Origin: Coraliomargarita sp.
GTDB taxonomy: Bacteria; Verrucomicrobiota; Verrucomicrobiia; Opitutales; Coraliomargaritaceae
Direction of reading: 5' to 3'
NCBI GenBank assembly: GCA_002699365.1
Contig: PAAN01000021.1
Span: forward strand, 6,416 to 70,415
Length of the DNA: 64,000 bases
The position numbers were made by a program, and so were the translations under genes. Under the pieces are notes generated by a model. It was given only the letters and a program-made list of their open reading frames with translations, had not been told where the DNA came from and did not search any database. Below are positions 1-10,989 of the stretch, piece after piece. The stretch's first letter is position 1, and each line of letters starts with the position of its first letter.

Positions 1-160
1 AAAGAACATACGAAGCTAAAAGAGATAAAATAACCGATTATTTTGATGACTAATGTCTTTCACGTTTGACAGTAATTTCTGTATAGAATTATCAATTAAG
101 TAGTTAAAATTATCCACTGCTAAACTAAAGCAAAAACCAAAGACTATTATATATCCGAGC

Positions 161-469
161 ATGTCCAATAACCTTACTAAACGTGATATCGTACTAGACA
201 TTTACGATAAAACAGATTTCCCGCAAAAAGATGTACGTGCTACAGTGCAATTAACACTAGATGCGATTTCTGCCGCACTTAGTGAAGGTCGTAATGTTGA
301 ACTGAGAAATTTCGGTGTTTTTGAAGTTCAAGTACGCAAATCACGTATTGGTCGTAATCCGAACAAACCAGAAACTGATGTGCTAATTCCAACCCGAGCA
401 GTCATAAAATTTAAAGCAGGAAAAGAGTTAAAGGCTCAGTTAAAGGAGATAGATGTAGACTCGCTCTAA
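161..469 (+). CDS. HU/IHF-family DNA-binding protein
   Basis: 102-aa ORF with the typical HU/IHF pattern (RNFGVFEV...R.GRNPNKPE...IP....KFKAGKELK). Confidence 0.85.
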   Translation: MSNNLTKRDIVLDIYDKTDFPQKDVRATVQLTLDAISAALSEGRNVELRNFGVFEVQVRKSRIGRNPNKPETDVLIPTRAVIKFKAGKELKAQLKEIDVDSL

Positions 470-547
470 GATCTTGAATGAAATTTTACCAACTTATTGT
501 AACCATAAGAAGCTTTAGCTTACTGGCATTGCATAGGTGTTAGTTCT

Positions 548-1891
548 ATGCAGTTTACTACTCTCCCAGGTTTTCGTGATTTCTATCCAGATCTGTGTTC
601 CCGCAAAGTACATATCTTTGATACATGGCGTAAGTCAGCCCAAAGTTTTAACTTCCTTGAATACGATGCTCCTATTCTAGAGCCACTAGATCTTTATATT
701 GAAAAATCAGGTAGTGAAATAACCGGACAATTGTTTAACTTTCAAGATCGTGGTGATCGGTCCGTGGCACTACGCCCGGAATTAACTCCATCGTTAGCTA
801 GAATGGTTGGTGCTAAAGCTAACAGCCTCAAACGTCCTATTAAGTGGTTCAATATTGGAGAAAACTTTAGGTATGAACGTCCACAAAAAGGAAGGCTTCG
901 ATCATTTTATCAATTTAATGCTGATATTTTTGGGGAGTCTGGACCTGCAGCAGATGCAGAACTTATATCGCTATTGGGTAATACTCTACAAGCTTTTGGC
1001 CTTAAAGATAGTGACTTCACTATTAGGCTAAGTGATAGAGATATATGGCTTTTAATATTATCGTCTGAAGGTATTCATGGAGCAGATGCTACTTTAGTCC
1101 TTGGTATTATAGACAAGATGGAGCGATCCGACCGAAGCCAAAGCATAAAACTATTAAGTGGCGTTCTCAATAATGGAGCAGAGGACTTTATGATCATGAT
1201 TGAAAAAATAATGAGCATACGCGATTTTGCATCACTACGTGACTTGCTACTAAACCTGAAACTAGACTCAGTAAGAGCCGAACAAGCAAAGCTACGAATC
1301 AGTCAATGGGATGATTTATTATCTTTATTAAGCAATACATGCGTTTCTAATAGCTTACAAATAGACTTAAGTATTGTACGCGGCTTAGCATATTATACAG
1401 GCTTTGTATTTGAGGCATTTGAATCTGGCGGTAAGGGAAGAGCACTTGCGGGTGGAGGACGTTATGACTCGCTAGTACAAAAACTTGGCGGGCCTGAAAT
1501 GCCAGCTACTGGATTTGCGATGGGGGATGTTACCCTGTCTAATTTATTAGAAGATAGCGATTTATTAGATGATATATGCGTCAAGTCGCCTGACTTCATT
1601 GTTATTATTGCAGCCAGTGATATCAGCAATGAAGCACTTAAAGACACAACTATGCTACGCAGCTTAGGGTATAGCGTAGAATATCCACTCAAGTTAAGTT
1701 CCGTTAGTAAGCAACTTAAAGAGGCCAATCGTGTTGGTGCTACCATAGCGCTCATTTACGGAACTGAAAATCAAATCTCGAACAATGTTATCGTTCGCGA
1801 TCTGAAGAATAAAGTAGAGCATGTATTTGCCAGGGAATTACTATCAGAACTACCAAAGGATTGGTTAGCTAATGGTATTACTGCAAAGTAA
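548..1891 (+). CDS. hisS: histidyl-tRNA synthetase
   Basis: 447 aa with class II HisRS motifs (RPELTPSLARMV, FRYERPQKGRLRSFYQFNADIFG, GGGRYDSL). Confidence 0.9.
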   Translation: MQFTTLPGFRDFYPDLCSRKVHIFDTWRKSAQSFNFLEYDAPILEPLDLYIEKSGSEITGQLFNFQDRGDRSVALRPELTPSLARMVGAKANSLKRPIKWFNIGENFRYERPQKGRLRSFYQFNADIFGESGPAADAELISLLGNTLQAFGLKDSDFTIRLSDRDIWLLILSSEGIHGADATLVLGIIDKMERSDRSQSIKLLSGVLNNGAEDFMIMIEKIMSIRDFASLRDLLLNLKLDSVRAEQAKLRISQWDDLLSLLSNTCVSNSLQIDLSIVRGLAYYTGFVFEAFESGGKGRALAGGGRYDSLVQKLGGPEMPATGFAMGDVTLSNLLEDSDLLDDICVKSPDFIVIIAASDISNEALKDTTMLRSLGYSVEYPLKLSSVSKQLKEANRVGATIALIYGTENQISNNVIVRDLKNKVEHVFARELLSELPKDWLANGITAK

Positions 1892-2014
1892 GTTCATCAT
1901 GCAATTAAATGGAGTCGATTAACTACTACTTTCAATAAACAAGAGGGTTGGCATGATGATAGCTATACTAATGGTTAGTATTGTTTTATCTTTCTAGTCC
2001 CTTTTATTTCTAGC

Positions 2015-3319
2015 ATGTCCAAAAATATCGGCTTTATTTCTACTCGTTTTGCTGGTTCAGATGGTGTTTCGCTAGAAAGTGCTAAATGGGCAGAAGTATT
2101 ATGGGACGACGCGCACGTAAGTTATTGGTATAGTGGCCGCAATGACCGTGATACAGCTTGCAGTTACTGCATCCCAGAAGCTTATTTTGGTCATCCCGAA
2201 AATATATGGATTAACGATAGGATATGGGGGCACACGCTCCGTGATCCTAAGGTAACCGATCGCATTCATGCGCTAGCAAAATATTTAAAGCAGACATTAT
2301 ATGCATTCGTAGACTTCTATAAGATTGATATACTAATACCTCAAAATGTACTAGCGATTCCAATGCATGTTCCACTTGGTATAGCAGTAACAGAGTTCTT
2401 AGCAGAGACGCAAATGCCTGCGATAGCACATCAACACGACTTTTATTGGGAACGCTCTCGGTTTTCTGTTGGTGCAGTTAAGGATTACTTAGATATGGCA
2501 TTCCCACCGAGCTTACCAAACCTGCACCACATATGTATCAACCAAGCAGCTATTGAACAATTAGGCCTACGTAAGGGCGTTACTGCATCGTTGATGCCAA
2601 ATGTATTTGATTTTGATAACCCCCCTAAGCAATCTGTAGACTCTTACACGGCTGACATACGTAAGGAGATTGGTATCGATAATGATGATATTCTTATATT
2701 ACAACCAACTCGTATAGTTCCAAGAAAAGGCATTGAGCATGCAATCAAGCTAGTAGGTATGCTTAATGATGATCGATTTAAATTAGTGATATCACACGAT
2801 GCTGGTGACGAAGGTTTAGACTATAAATATCAGTTAATGGAGCTAGCCGAGCAGGAAGGAGTGGACTTACGTTTTTTTGCAGCTCGTATTGGTGAAGCTA
2901 GGCAAATCGATCATGATGGTAAAAAGGTATATACTCTTTGGGATATCTACCAACATGCAGATCTAATGACCTACCCAAGCACCTATGAAGGTTTCGGAAA
3001 TGCCCTTCTTGAAGCAATCTATTTTCGAGTGCCAGTTATCATAAATCGCTATTCAATATACGTTCAGGATATAGAGCCAAAAGGCTTTAAATTACTTGAA
3101 ATGGATGGCTTCATTACGCCGCAACTTGTAAAACTCGTAAGACGCATAGTCGATGACCCATCGTATAAAGAATCTATCGTTGAGCACAACTATTCGGTAG
3201 CTAAGAAATACTACAGCTACACTGTATTGCGACGTTTATTGCGACAACATATCGCCCAACTAACCGGAGATGCTCCAGATGAGTTTCTGCCTAAACGCGA
3301 AAGAGGGGAGCATAATTAA
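2015..3319 (+). CDS. family-4-like glycosyltransferase, possibly glucosylglycerate-synthase-like
   Basis: 434 aa with a GT-B C-terminal pattern (PSTYEGFGNALLEAI). It lies immediately upstream of, and is translationally juxtaposed to, a GH13_18-type phosphorylase. The specific function is inference. Confidence 0.65.
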   Translation: MSKNIGFISTRFAGSDGVSLESAKWAEVLWDDAHVSYWYSGRNDRDTACSYCIPEAYFGHPENIWINDRIWGHTLRDPKVTDRIHALAKYLKQTLYAFVDFYKIDILIPQNVLAIPMHVPLGIAVTEFLAETQMPAIAHQHDFYWERSRFSVGAVKDYLDMAFPPSLPNLHHICINQAAIEQLGLRKGVTASLMPNVFDFDNPPKQSVDSYTADIRKEIGIDNDDILILQPTRIVPRKGIEHAIKLVGMLNDDRFKLVISHDAGDEGLDYKYQLMELAEQEGVDLRFFAARIGEARQIDHDGKKVYTLWDIYQHADLMTYPSTYEGFGNALLEAIYFRVPVIINRYSIYVQDIEPKGFKLLEMDGFITPQLVKLVRRIVDDPSYKESIVEHNYSVAKKYYSYTVLRRLLRQHIAQLTGDAPDEFLPKRERGEHN

Positions 3320-3320
3320 T

Positions 3321-5069
3321 ATGATTAGATCGGTTTCAAGAGAACAACTACAACGCGTACGACGTCATTTTATTCATCTTTATGGTGGGCGCTCAGAGCA
3401 ATTGATAGAGCGTTTTTGTATGATGTTAGGTCGATATGGACTTGAGGATGTCGCGGTACCTACATCGAGTATTTGGGATGAACACGATACGATTTTAATA
3501 AGCTATGCAGACTCATTGCAGGATGATTCAATTGGTAAACCATTAAGCGCGCTTCATTCGTTCGCTAACCAACACCTGAAAGGAGCTATACGCACAGTAC
3601 ACCTACTTCCATTTTGCCCATGGTCTTCAGACGATGGTTTTTCAGTCATCGATTATCGTAAAGTAGATGTTGATTCTGGTGACTGGGAAGACATTGAACA
3701 AATTGGTGGAGATTTTAATTTGATGTTTGATTTAGTTTTAAATCATTGTTCATCCGAGAGTTCTTGGTTTAGCGATTATATTGCAGGGATAGAACCTGCT
3801 AGGCACTATTTCATAGAAGCTAATCCTGAACTAGATTACTCTCTTGTAGTCAGACCAAGAACAAGCCCTTTGCTAACGAAGACCCGAACGCGAACTGGGG
3901 AATCTCACGTATGGACTACCTTTTCATCTGATCAGATTGACCTAAATTGGCAAAACCCAGAAGTCTTATTTGAATTTATTGATATCCTCATGCTATATAT
4001 TTCAAAGGGCATGCGAATCGTAAGATTAGATGCGGTGGCCTTTTTATGGAAAAATATAAGTGGAAAGTCTATACACGAACCAGAAACGCACGAGATCGTT
4101 TGCCTACTTCGCGACATATTAGAAATCATTGCTCCACAAACAATTCTTCTAACTGAAACTAATGTACCACATGCAGAAAATATTAGTTATTTTGGCCAAG
4201 GAGATGAGGCGCAAATGGTGTATCAATTTAGTCTCCCACCATTGCTTATGCATGGTCTAGCTACTGGAAATGCTACATTCTTAACCAAATGGGCATATGA
4301 ATTAAAGCCTCCGCCGGACGGATGTACATTTTTTAACTTTACAGCTAGTCATGATGGCATCGGGGTTCGCCCAATAGAAGGATTATTACCAAAGCCAGAA
4401 ACAGATAGTTTAATTAAGCATGTTGAGTCTTCTGGCGGTAAGATTAGTTGGCGAACAATGCCTGATGGTACGGAACAACCATATGAACTCAACATCACCT
4501 ACTACTCTGCATTAACTATACAAAATAACCCGCAATTAGGCGCACAACGTTTTTTGTGTTCTCAAGCAATTATGTTATCTTTACGAGGAATTCCAGGGAT
4601 ATATATCCATAGCTTAACTGCGAGTTTAAATGATTTACAAGCAGCTAAAGAGAGTGGGATTAACCGACGAATAAATCGACATAAATGGAAGCTTTCTGAG
4701 TTAGAAGTACATCTAAAAGATCCTATTTCAAAACTAGTCTTTGACTCATACATACAAATGTTGAGACGTAGGTCAAACCACCCAGCATTTCACCCAGATG
4801 CATCTCAAAAGGTATTTAATGTAAGCCCCAATTTATTTGTCCATAATAGGACCTCTGTTAGTAAGGATGAGGTAATGCTCTGCATTTATAACTTTTCAAA
4901 TACACCAGTAAATATCGATGCTGCATTTGTATCTGAACAACTCGGTAATGCTCCTAACTACTACGAGGTAATTTCTGCGCGACTAATTAGTCGACAATCT
5001 TTCAATACCTCGCTGGAGCCCTATCAATCGCTATGGCTAGTTGCACGCAGTCAATTACATTCCAAATAA
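3321..5069 (+). CDS. sucrose-phosphorylase-family (GH13 subfamily 18-like) glycoside phosphorylase
   Basis: GH13 catalytic motifs are present: RLDAVAFLWK (nucleophile), LTETNVPH (acid/base) and ASHDGIGV. I prefer the ATG at 3321 (MIRSVS...), preceded by aagagggga, over the track start at 3270, which overlaps the upstream gene. Confidence 0.8.
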   Translation: MIRSVSREQLQRVRRHFIHLYGGRSEQLIERFCMMLGRYGLEDVAVPTSSIWDEHDTILISYADSLQDDSIGKPLSALHSFANQHLKGAIRTVHLLPFCPWSSDDGFSVIDYRKVDVDSGDWEDIEQIGGDFNLMFDLVLNHCSSESSWFSDYIAGIEPARHYFIEANPELDYSLVVRPRTSPLLTKTRTRTGESHVWTTFSSDQIDLNWQNPEVLFEFIDILMLYISKGMRIVRLDAVAFLWKNISGKSIHEPETHEIVCLLRDILEIIAPQTILLTETNVPHAENISYFGQGDEAQMVYQFSLPPLLMHGLATGNATFLTKWAYELKPPPDGCTFFNFTASHDGIGVRPIEGLLPKPETDSLIKHVESSGGKISWRTMPDGTEQPYELNITYYSALTIQNNPQLGAQRFLCSQAIMLSLRGIPGIYIHSLTASLNDLQAAKESGINRRINRHKWKLSELEVHLKDPISKLVFDSYIQMLRRRSNHPAFHPDASQKVFNVSPNLFVHNRTSVSKDEVMLCIYNFSNTPVNIDAAFVSEQLGNAPNYYEVISARLISRQSFNTSLEPYQSLWLVARSQLHSK

Positions 5070-5078
5070 GCAGTCCTA

Positions 5079-6431
5079 TCAAGCATTGTATTTGTTGGGC
5101 CTTGGTAAAAAGTTCGCCATCACTAAAGGAACAACTAAGAGTACAGAACCGAACAAATACGCTGATTTTGAGCCAAAGCTAAAGTATGCTAGAGCTGCTA
5201 CTAATGGACCAATTGCGCGAGCTAGGGAGCCCGCTGAGCGATATACTCCAAGCGCCTGACCTTGGATACTTTCCGGAGCGTACAGTGATACGAGTGAGCT
5301 CAAACTTGGTGTAACTAAGGCCACTGCAAAAGACATACATATTAACGATGTTAAAAAATAAATAAGACTCGTTGAGTAAGCTAATCCAAAAAATGCAAAT
5401 AAACCACACGCCAATCCTATTTGAGCTAGCATTTTTTCTAAGCCTCTTCCTGACAACTTACGGACTATACCACCCTGGACTATGATCATAACAGTCCCTA
5501 TGAAAACAAATAACATACCGTTATTAATGGGACTAAATAAGAAACGTTCGACTGCTAGAAAAGTTAGTGTAAATTCCATACCACTAAAAGCTAACATGAA
5601 GAAAAGATAAGTGCTGGTTGCTTGCTTAGTTGCTCGGCAAGGGCTTTTAAATCTATCTACTATTGAGATATTTTTATTTTCTACATTTATCAAGCGTTTG
5701 TGCGCAGGAAGCGTTTCTTTAAATGCTACCGATACCCAGACTAAATTTATAACGGATAAACCAAAACTAATCATAGCTGGGACGGAGAATGGATTGATTC
5801 CATATCGAGATAATTGCGGCATATAATCCAGCAAATTTACGGTTGCACTTATTCCTCCAATTGCTGGACCAATAATAAAGCCTAACCCAAAAGCGATACC
5901 AATAAGAGCCATACCACTGGAACGTTTGGAAGCGCTTGTTACATCTGCAACTACAGCCGTTGCTACTGATAAGTTACCACCCATTACGCCACCTATTAAA
6001 CGTGCAAGAACTAGAATCCAAAAAGATGCAGCAAAAAACCAGGCTACATAACTAAGTGCTAATCCTAAAATAGTAATAATGAGCACCTTACGCCTACCGA
6101 CTCGGTCTGAATAGGAACCCCAGAGTGGGGCACATACGAATTGTAACAATGAGTAAAGCGAACCGAGTACACCTCCAAATAATACAGAAGTCATAAATTT
6201 TGGGTCCGCTGCACCGTTATTTTCCGCCCAATAAAAAAGCGGAGATATACAGCGACCTAAAAGACTAGTACTATTTGCGCCGTCTGGAAGATAGTATTCC
6301 AGCATGGCTGGAAATAGTGGGAATATAATAGAAAATCCTACAAGATCGAGAAACAGTGTCATAAAGACAATGCCCAGAGCCTTATTATTAGGCGAATCTA
6401 ATAGTTTACTACTACGCATACCAATATACAA
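5079..6431 (-). CDS. MFS transporter (drug/H+ antiporter-like)
   Basis: 450 aa with about 12 hydrophobic helices and the MFS loop motif [13 protein letters not shown]. Confidence 0.8.
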   Translation of the reverse strand: MYIGMRSSKLLDSPNNKALGIVFMTLFLDLVGFSIIFPLFPAMLEYYLPDGANSTSLLGRCISPLFYWAENNGAADPKFMTSVLFGGVLGSLYSLLQFVCAPLWGSYSDRVGRRKVLIITILGLALSYVAWFFAASFWILVLARLIGGVMGGNLSVATAVVADVTSASKRSSGMALIGIAFGLGFIIGPAIGGISATVNLLDYMPQLSRYGINPFSVPAMISFGLSVINLVWVSVAFKETLPAHKRLINVENKNISIVDRFKSPCRATKQATSTYLFFMLAFSGMEFTLTFLAVERFLFSPINNGMLFVFIGTVMIIVQGGIVRKLSGRGLEKMLAQIGLACGLFAFFGLAYSTSLIYFLTSLICMSFAVALVTPSLSSLVSLYAPESIQGQALGVYRSAGSLARAIGPLVAALAYFSFGSKSAYLFGSVLLVVPLVMANFLPRPNKYNA

Positions 6432-6518
6432 TTATCAGAGTATTTATTTAAAGAAGCAAATCGTGCTACGACAAAAAAACATTATATGCTTCAGCAATAA
6501 TGCATACTATCACTTAGA

Positions 6519-7004
6519 CTACTTATCGGTGCCAAACTTTTCGCATAGTGCATGATAAACATTGCCAGGAACTAAATCAGTTTTGCGGTTTGTAAATGCA
6601 TGTACTTGTTTAATAAGTGAGGAACTAGTAAAAAAGTACTTCTCGTTAGGCATTAAAAAGACAGTCTCTACTCTTTCATCTAAATGACGATTCATTTGAG
6701 CCATTTGAAACTCATGCTCAAAATCAGATACTGCACGCATACCACGAATCAGCGCAACAGCATTGAGTTCTACAGCTAAATCAACAATCAAACCGTCAAA
6801 GGAAACAACACTTATATTTGGACGATTTATTATGTTTTCTTTAATCAAATGCACGCGCTGTTCTGCAGTAAATAGAGTTGATTTTCCTGCATTTTTCGCA
6901 ACAGCAATGACAACTTTATCAAAAATACGACGTGCTCGATTGATGACATCAAGATGCCCATTTGTGATCGGATCAAATGATCCAGGATAGATAGCTGTTT
7001 TCAT
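6519..7004 (-). CDS. coaD: phosphopantetheine adenylyltransferase
   Basis: 161 aa; N-terminal [14 protein letters not shown] nucleotidyltransferase motif and typical PPAT length. Confidence 0.9.
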   Translation of the reverse strand: MKTAIYPGSFDPITNGHLDVINRARRIFDKVVIAVAKNAGKSTLFTAEQRVHLIKENIINRPNISVVSFDGLIVDLAVELNAVALIRGMRAVSDFEHEFQMAQMNRHLDERVETVFLMPNEKYFFTSSSLIKQVHAFTNRKTDLVPGNVYHALCEKFGTDK

Positions 7005-7120
7005 TACTAACGTAATAAAGCTTATACAAAGAATTGAAGTCGACTCAATTTAACAATATTAAAAAATTGAAATAGAACGACAACATATTGTGCCGCCAAT
7101 AAACTATATTGGTAAATCGA

Positions 7121-8950
7121 TTATTTTCCAGTTTTGGCTAGTTTTCGCCTAACATTATGGTCGAGTTCACGCTTGCGCATACGAAGAAACCTAGGCGTTG
7201 CTTCGACCAACTCATCTGGAGCAATGTACTCAATTGCACGCTCTAGTGAAAAAGTGACGGGTGGAGCTAATTGTATGCCTTTATCTGAACCAGACGCGCG
7301 CATATTGTCTAACTGTTTCGCTTTTGCTGGATTAACTGGCATGTCTTCTTGTCGTGGATTTTCTCCGACTATCATGCCTGCGTATACTTCTTCACTAGGA
7401 GCAATAAATAGCTTTCCTCGTGTCTGAATATTATCAAGCGCATAGGGCATAGCCTTGCCTAATTCCATGCTAACTAAAGTACCAGTCAATCGGGTCGTAA
7501 TTTCGCCACAAAAAAGTCGATATTCTAGAAAAGAATGACTCATTACGCCGTGACCCGAAGTCATCGTCACTAAGTCACTCTCAAAGCCTATTAAGCCACG
7601 TGTGGGCACCTCAGCTTCAACAGTTACTCCCGCGTTATGATGTTCCATATGGGTTACTTTACCTTTTCTTTTGGCTATGTTCTCCATAATTCCTCCTAGA
7701 TGCTCTTCCGGAGTTTCCACCCAAACTTGCTCAAATGGCTCATGCCGCTTACCGTCAATTTCTTTATACAGTACAGTAGGGCGGGAGACGAGTACCTCAA
7801 ATCCTTCCCGGCGCATCGTTTCTACGAGTACTGCTATTTGCATGGCTCCACGTGCATTAACTAGAAAAGTTGTACCCTTATCTGTGTCTTCAACAGAAAT
7901 AGATATATTGGATTGGGTTTCACGCGTTAGTCGTTCGCGTATCTGACGTGAGGTAACTTTTTTTCCATCTTTACCTGCAAGGGGCCCATTATTAACGGAA
8001 AACTCCATTTGTACAGTAGCTGGATCTAGTTCGATAAATGGTAGCGGCTCCGCATTTTCATCTGCCGTTAGTGTGTCACCTATATCCACGTCGTCAAATC
8101 CAGCTAGTCCAACAATGTCCCCGGCAACTGCATTAGAAACATCATCTGTCGCCAGACCAGAGAAAGTCTTCATTTTTGTAATTTTAACTCTCTGCTTACG
8201 ACCATCTTTACGCAAAGTAAATACAGCTTGTCCTTGATCGACTGTACCTGAAAGGATCCTACCTATCGCCATTCGCCCCACGTAGTCATCCCAATCAATG
8301 TTGGAAACTAACATACGAAAGGAGCCATCCTCAACTACGGGTGGTGGGATTCGATCAATAATAGTCTTAAACAAGTCATCCATGTTTTCACGAGGGCCAT
8401 CTACTTTTAGATCAGCAAATCCCATCTTAGCAGATGCATACAAGAAAGGCGCGTTAAACTGGTCATCATCAGCCTCGAGGTCCAAAAATAGCTCGAGCAC
8501 TTTATCATGTACCCAGTCTGGCCTAGAAGTATCACGATCTATCTTATTGATGACACATATTGTCTTTAAGCCAGCATCCAGTGCCTTACGTAGCACCCAC
8601 CTAGTCTGTGCCTGCGGCCCTCCGACCGCATCCGTCAATAAAAGAACTCCATCTACCATCTTCATAACTCGTTCTACCTCAGCTCCAAAATCCGCATGCC
8701 CTGGAGTGTCTACTATGTTAATAGTATACTCGACACCATCATCAGGATGAACCCATTTTACTGCTGTATTTTTAGCTTTTATTGTAATTCCCTTTTCACG
8801 CTCCAAATCCATAGAGTCCATAGCGCGCTCCTGAACTTTTTGATTCTCACGAAAAGTACCTGCTTGGTCTAATAAGCAATCAACTAGCGTTGTTTTGCCG
8901 TGGTCCACATGGGCTATAATGGCAATATTACGTATTTGTTTAGCAATCAT
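7121..8950 (-). CDS. typA: translational GTPase TypA/BipA
   Basis: 609 aa; G-domain motifs [17 protein letters not shown] and NKIDR, with a BipA-type C-terminus. Confidence 0.9.
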   Translation of the reverse strand: MIAKQIRNIAIIAHVDHGKTTLVDCLLDQAGTFRENQKVQERAMDSMDLEREKGITIKAKNTAVKWVHPDDGVEYTINIVDTPGHADFGAEVERVMKMVDGVLLLTDAVGGPQAQTRWVLRKALDAGLKTICVINKIDRDTSRPDWVHDKVLELFLDLEADDDQFNAPFLYASAKMGFADLKVDGPRENMDDLFKTIIDRIPPPVVEDGSFRMLVSNIDWDDYVGRMAIGRILSGTVDQGQAVFTLRKDGRKQRVKITKMKTFSGLATDDVSNAVAGDIVGLAGFDDVDIGDTLTADENAEPLPFIELDPATVQMEFSVNNGPLAGKDGKKVTSRQIRERLTRETQSNISISVEDTDKGTTFLVNARGAMQIAVLVETMRREGFEVLVSRPTVLYKEIDGKRHEPFEQVWVETPEEHLGGIMENIAKRKGKVTHMEHHNAGVTVEAEVPTRGLIGFESDLVTMTSGHGVMSHSFLEYRLFCGEITTRLTGTLVSMELGKAMPYALDNIQTRGKLFIAPSEEVYAGMIVGENPRQEDMPVNPAKAKQLDNMRASGSDKGIQLAPPVTFSLERAIEYIAPDELVEATPRFLRMRKRELDHNVRRKLAKTGK

Positions 8951-9056
8951 TGTATATGGTCGAATTAATTAGCGCGCGATCACGCCTTTACAAGTCATCG
9001 AAGTCAATCGTAATGATTGTGTAGTAATTGTATAAGAACCAACAAAGAATGGATAA

Positions 9057-10415
9057 TTAGATATTGTACTCTTTTCCTGGAACCAAATTCAATATATTAG
9101 CTTTAGGTAGTTCTTGTTCCAAGTATTCCTGAAACCATTGCCGTGCCAATTCCTCACCATGATTTAGCACAATAACGCGTGCTGAAGATTTTATTGCGTA
9201 GTTAGCCAGTTCGTCGCGGTCTGCGTGACCACTTAAATCAAATTGATCTACGGAAGCTTGAATTTTGGCACGATAATCGAGTGCATGAAAATAAAAGTAA
9301 TCCATGTTCTTAGTTCCGAGTAATTCACCGCCTGGAGTATCTGGATCACAATATCCTACAAAACATACACCGTTGTGCTTATGTGCCAGCATTGCTGCCG
9401 CAAGTTTATACGATGGAGTATGTTGCACCATCATTCCGCTACTAACAATATAAATACCTTTATTAGATAGATCGCGACCGGGACGAAGATTAAACTCTAG
9501 GTTCTTCACTCCCATGTGGTCGAGAATACGAATATCGAAATCTATTAAATTGGATTTTTTACGAATTTTATCAAAATAGTTACAAAGGTCCATTCCCAGT
9601 CCTGCAGCGACTATGGGGCAGCGAGCTAGTTTTCCTGCGCTGCGTGCATTGTATACTATTTTCAAAACCTCTTGCATACGACCTAACGCAAAGACAGGAA
9701 TCAAACAACTGCCACCCCGTGCTAAAATTTCATTCATTTTAAGTACGAATCGATCCACCTCAGTACTTCTGGATGTACCTTCAGCCCGTGAATGAGCTCC
9801 TCTAGTTGTTTCCAGTATTAGCGTGTCAATGGGAGGCTTTGGCAATTTCGCACCAGCAAGTGTAAGCTGATTATCGAACAAAATATCTCCCGAAAACACT
9901 ATTCGCCTATGCTTGTAGACAAGTTCTACCGCTGCAGCACCGACTACATGACCGGCAGGATGTAAAATTACTTCAATATTTTCGCCATTCTTATAATAAA
10001 TTTCACCGCTACTATATCTTTGCGCCACAAGCTGTTTGTTAACATGAGATATATCACGATGAAGAAAGAGCGGATAGTCTACTATTCCGTGCTCCTCACG
10101 CTGCCGCTTCATAACATTTATCGAATTTCGTAGCATTCTAGGGGCTAATGAAACGTTAGGAATACTAGTAATTATCGGGGCATGTGGATGTAAGGCTGCA
10201 ATAACCGGTAAAGACCCTAAATGATCTAAATGGCAGTGTGTTACTATTATTAAGTCCAGGTTATCGACACCCAATAAATTATAATTAGGTAGTGCCTGTT
10301 TGCCTATCATTTTAGGATGCAAGCCACAATCGACTAAAATGTTAAAAGGACCAATTTTTACAAAATGTGAATTTGCACCGATACCACCACTCGCATTTAA
10401 ATCCGTAATTTTCAT
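9057..10415 (-). CDS. metallo-beta-lactamase-fold hydrolase, beta-CASP-like (putative RNA-metabolising nuclease)
   Basis: 452 aa; HCHLDHLGSLP (HxHxDH) motif, later SGHAD, and length and architecture typical of the beta-CASP family. Confidence 0.7.
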   Translation of the reverse strand: MKITDLNASGGIGANSHFVKIGPFNILVDCGLHPKMIGKQALPNYNLLGVDNLDLIIVTHCHLDHLGSLPVIAALHPHAPIITSIPNVSLAPRMLRNSINVMKRQREEHGIVDYPLFLHRDISHVNKQLVAQRYSSGEIYYKNGENIEVILHPAGHVVGAAAVELVYKHRRIVFSGDILFDNQLTLAGAKLPKPPIDTLILETTRGAHSRAEGTSRSTEVDRFVLKMNEILARGGSCLIPVFALGRMQEVLKIVYNARSAGKLARCPIVAAGLGMDLCNYFDKIRKKSNLIDFDIRILDHMGVKNLEFNLRPGRDLSNKGIYIVSSGMMVQHTPSYKLAAAMLAHKHNGVCFVGYCDPDTPGGELLGTKNMDYFYFHALDYRAKIQASVDQFDLSGHADRDELANYAIKSSARVIVLNHGEELARQWFQEYLEQELPKANILNLVPGKEYNI

Positions 10416-10825
10416 TCTGATGGCTCACTCGCCCCAGGTAATGTATTTGGTATATTCATATCAAATCGTGGAATACGCACAAATATAGGAATGCCCTGTT
10501 CATCTATACCATGAAAAGATCCCTCCGCGCTGCTATTACAATCACTGGTATGGTAACTGTTATAGCTAAACTTTTCTCCGGGCTTAAGGTTAGGCTCTTT
10601 GCCAACGATGCCCGCACCTTCAATAACTTTTTGGGTACCTGCTTGTTCACAGATGACCCATCGTCTACCTTTTAGAGTAACCGTAGTGTTGGAGAGATTT
10701 ATTATAGTAATGAAGTAAATAAAAGCGTGTGGCGCATCTATAGGTAGATTGCCCGTGTCATGTACATATACGATACGATCAATTTTTACCTGTAATCCAG
10801 GAAGCTCTGTACTTAAATCAGCCAA
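10412..10825 (-). CDS. apaG: ApaG (DUF525) domain protein
   Basis: 137 aa with ApaG-like sequence (...PHAFIYFITIINLSNTTVTLKGRRWVI...GIVGKEPNLKPGEKFSYNSY). Its stop overlaps the downstream start as ATGA. Confidence 0.8.
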   Translation of the reverse strand: MADLSTELPGLQVKIDRIVYVHDTGNLPIDAPHAFIYFITIINLSNTTVTLKGRRWVICEQAGTQKVIEGAGIVGKEPNLKPGEKFSYNSYHTSDCNSSAEGSFHGIDEQGIPIFVRIPRFDMNIPNTLPGASEPSE

Positions 10826-10989
10826 TTTTAATAAAATTTAAGGTTATATTGCTTATCCTAGTAACACAAATTAGGTATATTAAAAATAGTATTAGAAAAT
10901 AGCAACTTAGTGAATTTATTGTACACATTTTAGTAAGTTAGCATCGCCATCACTATAAAAAGCGTTTTTACCTGCATTTGTATTTAACA

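Noticed and set aside
16-201. 61-aa minus-strand ORF at the window start
   Set aside because: It overlaps the start of the HU/IHF gene, is hydrophobic and low-complexity, and has no supporting signal.
8298-8750. 150-aa + strand ORF antisense to typA. Similar shadow ORFs include 7134..7427, 7671..7946, 27070..27363, 28149..28445, 29243..29614, 39001..39315, 40928..41281, 60474..60833 and 62328..62738.
   Set aside because: All lie fully inside well-supported genes on the opposite strand and have Ser/Arg/Pro-rich antisense-type composition. They are typical shadow ORFs.
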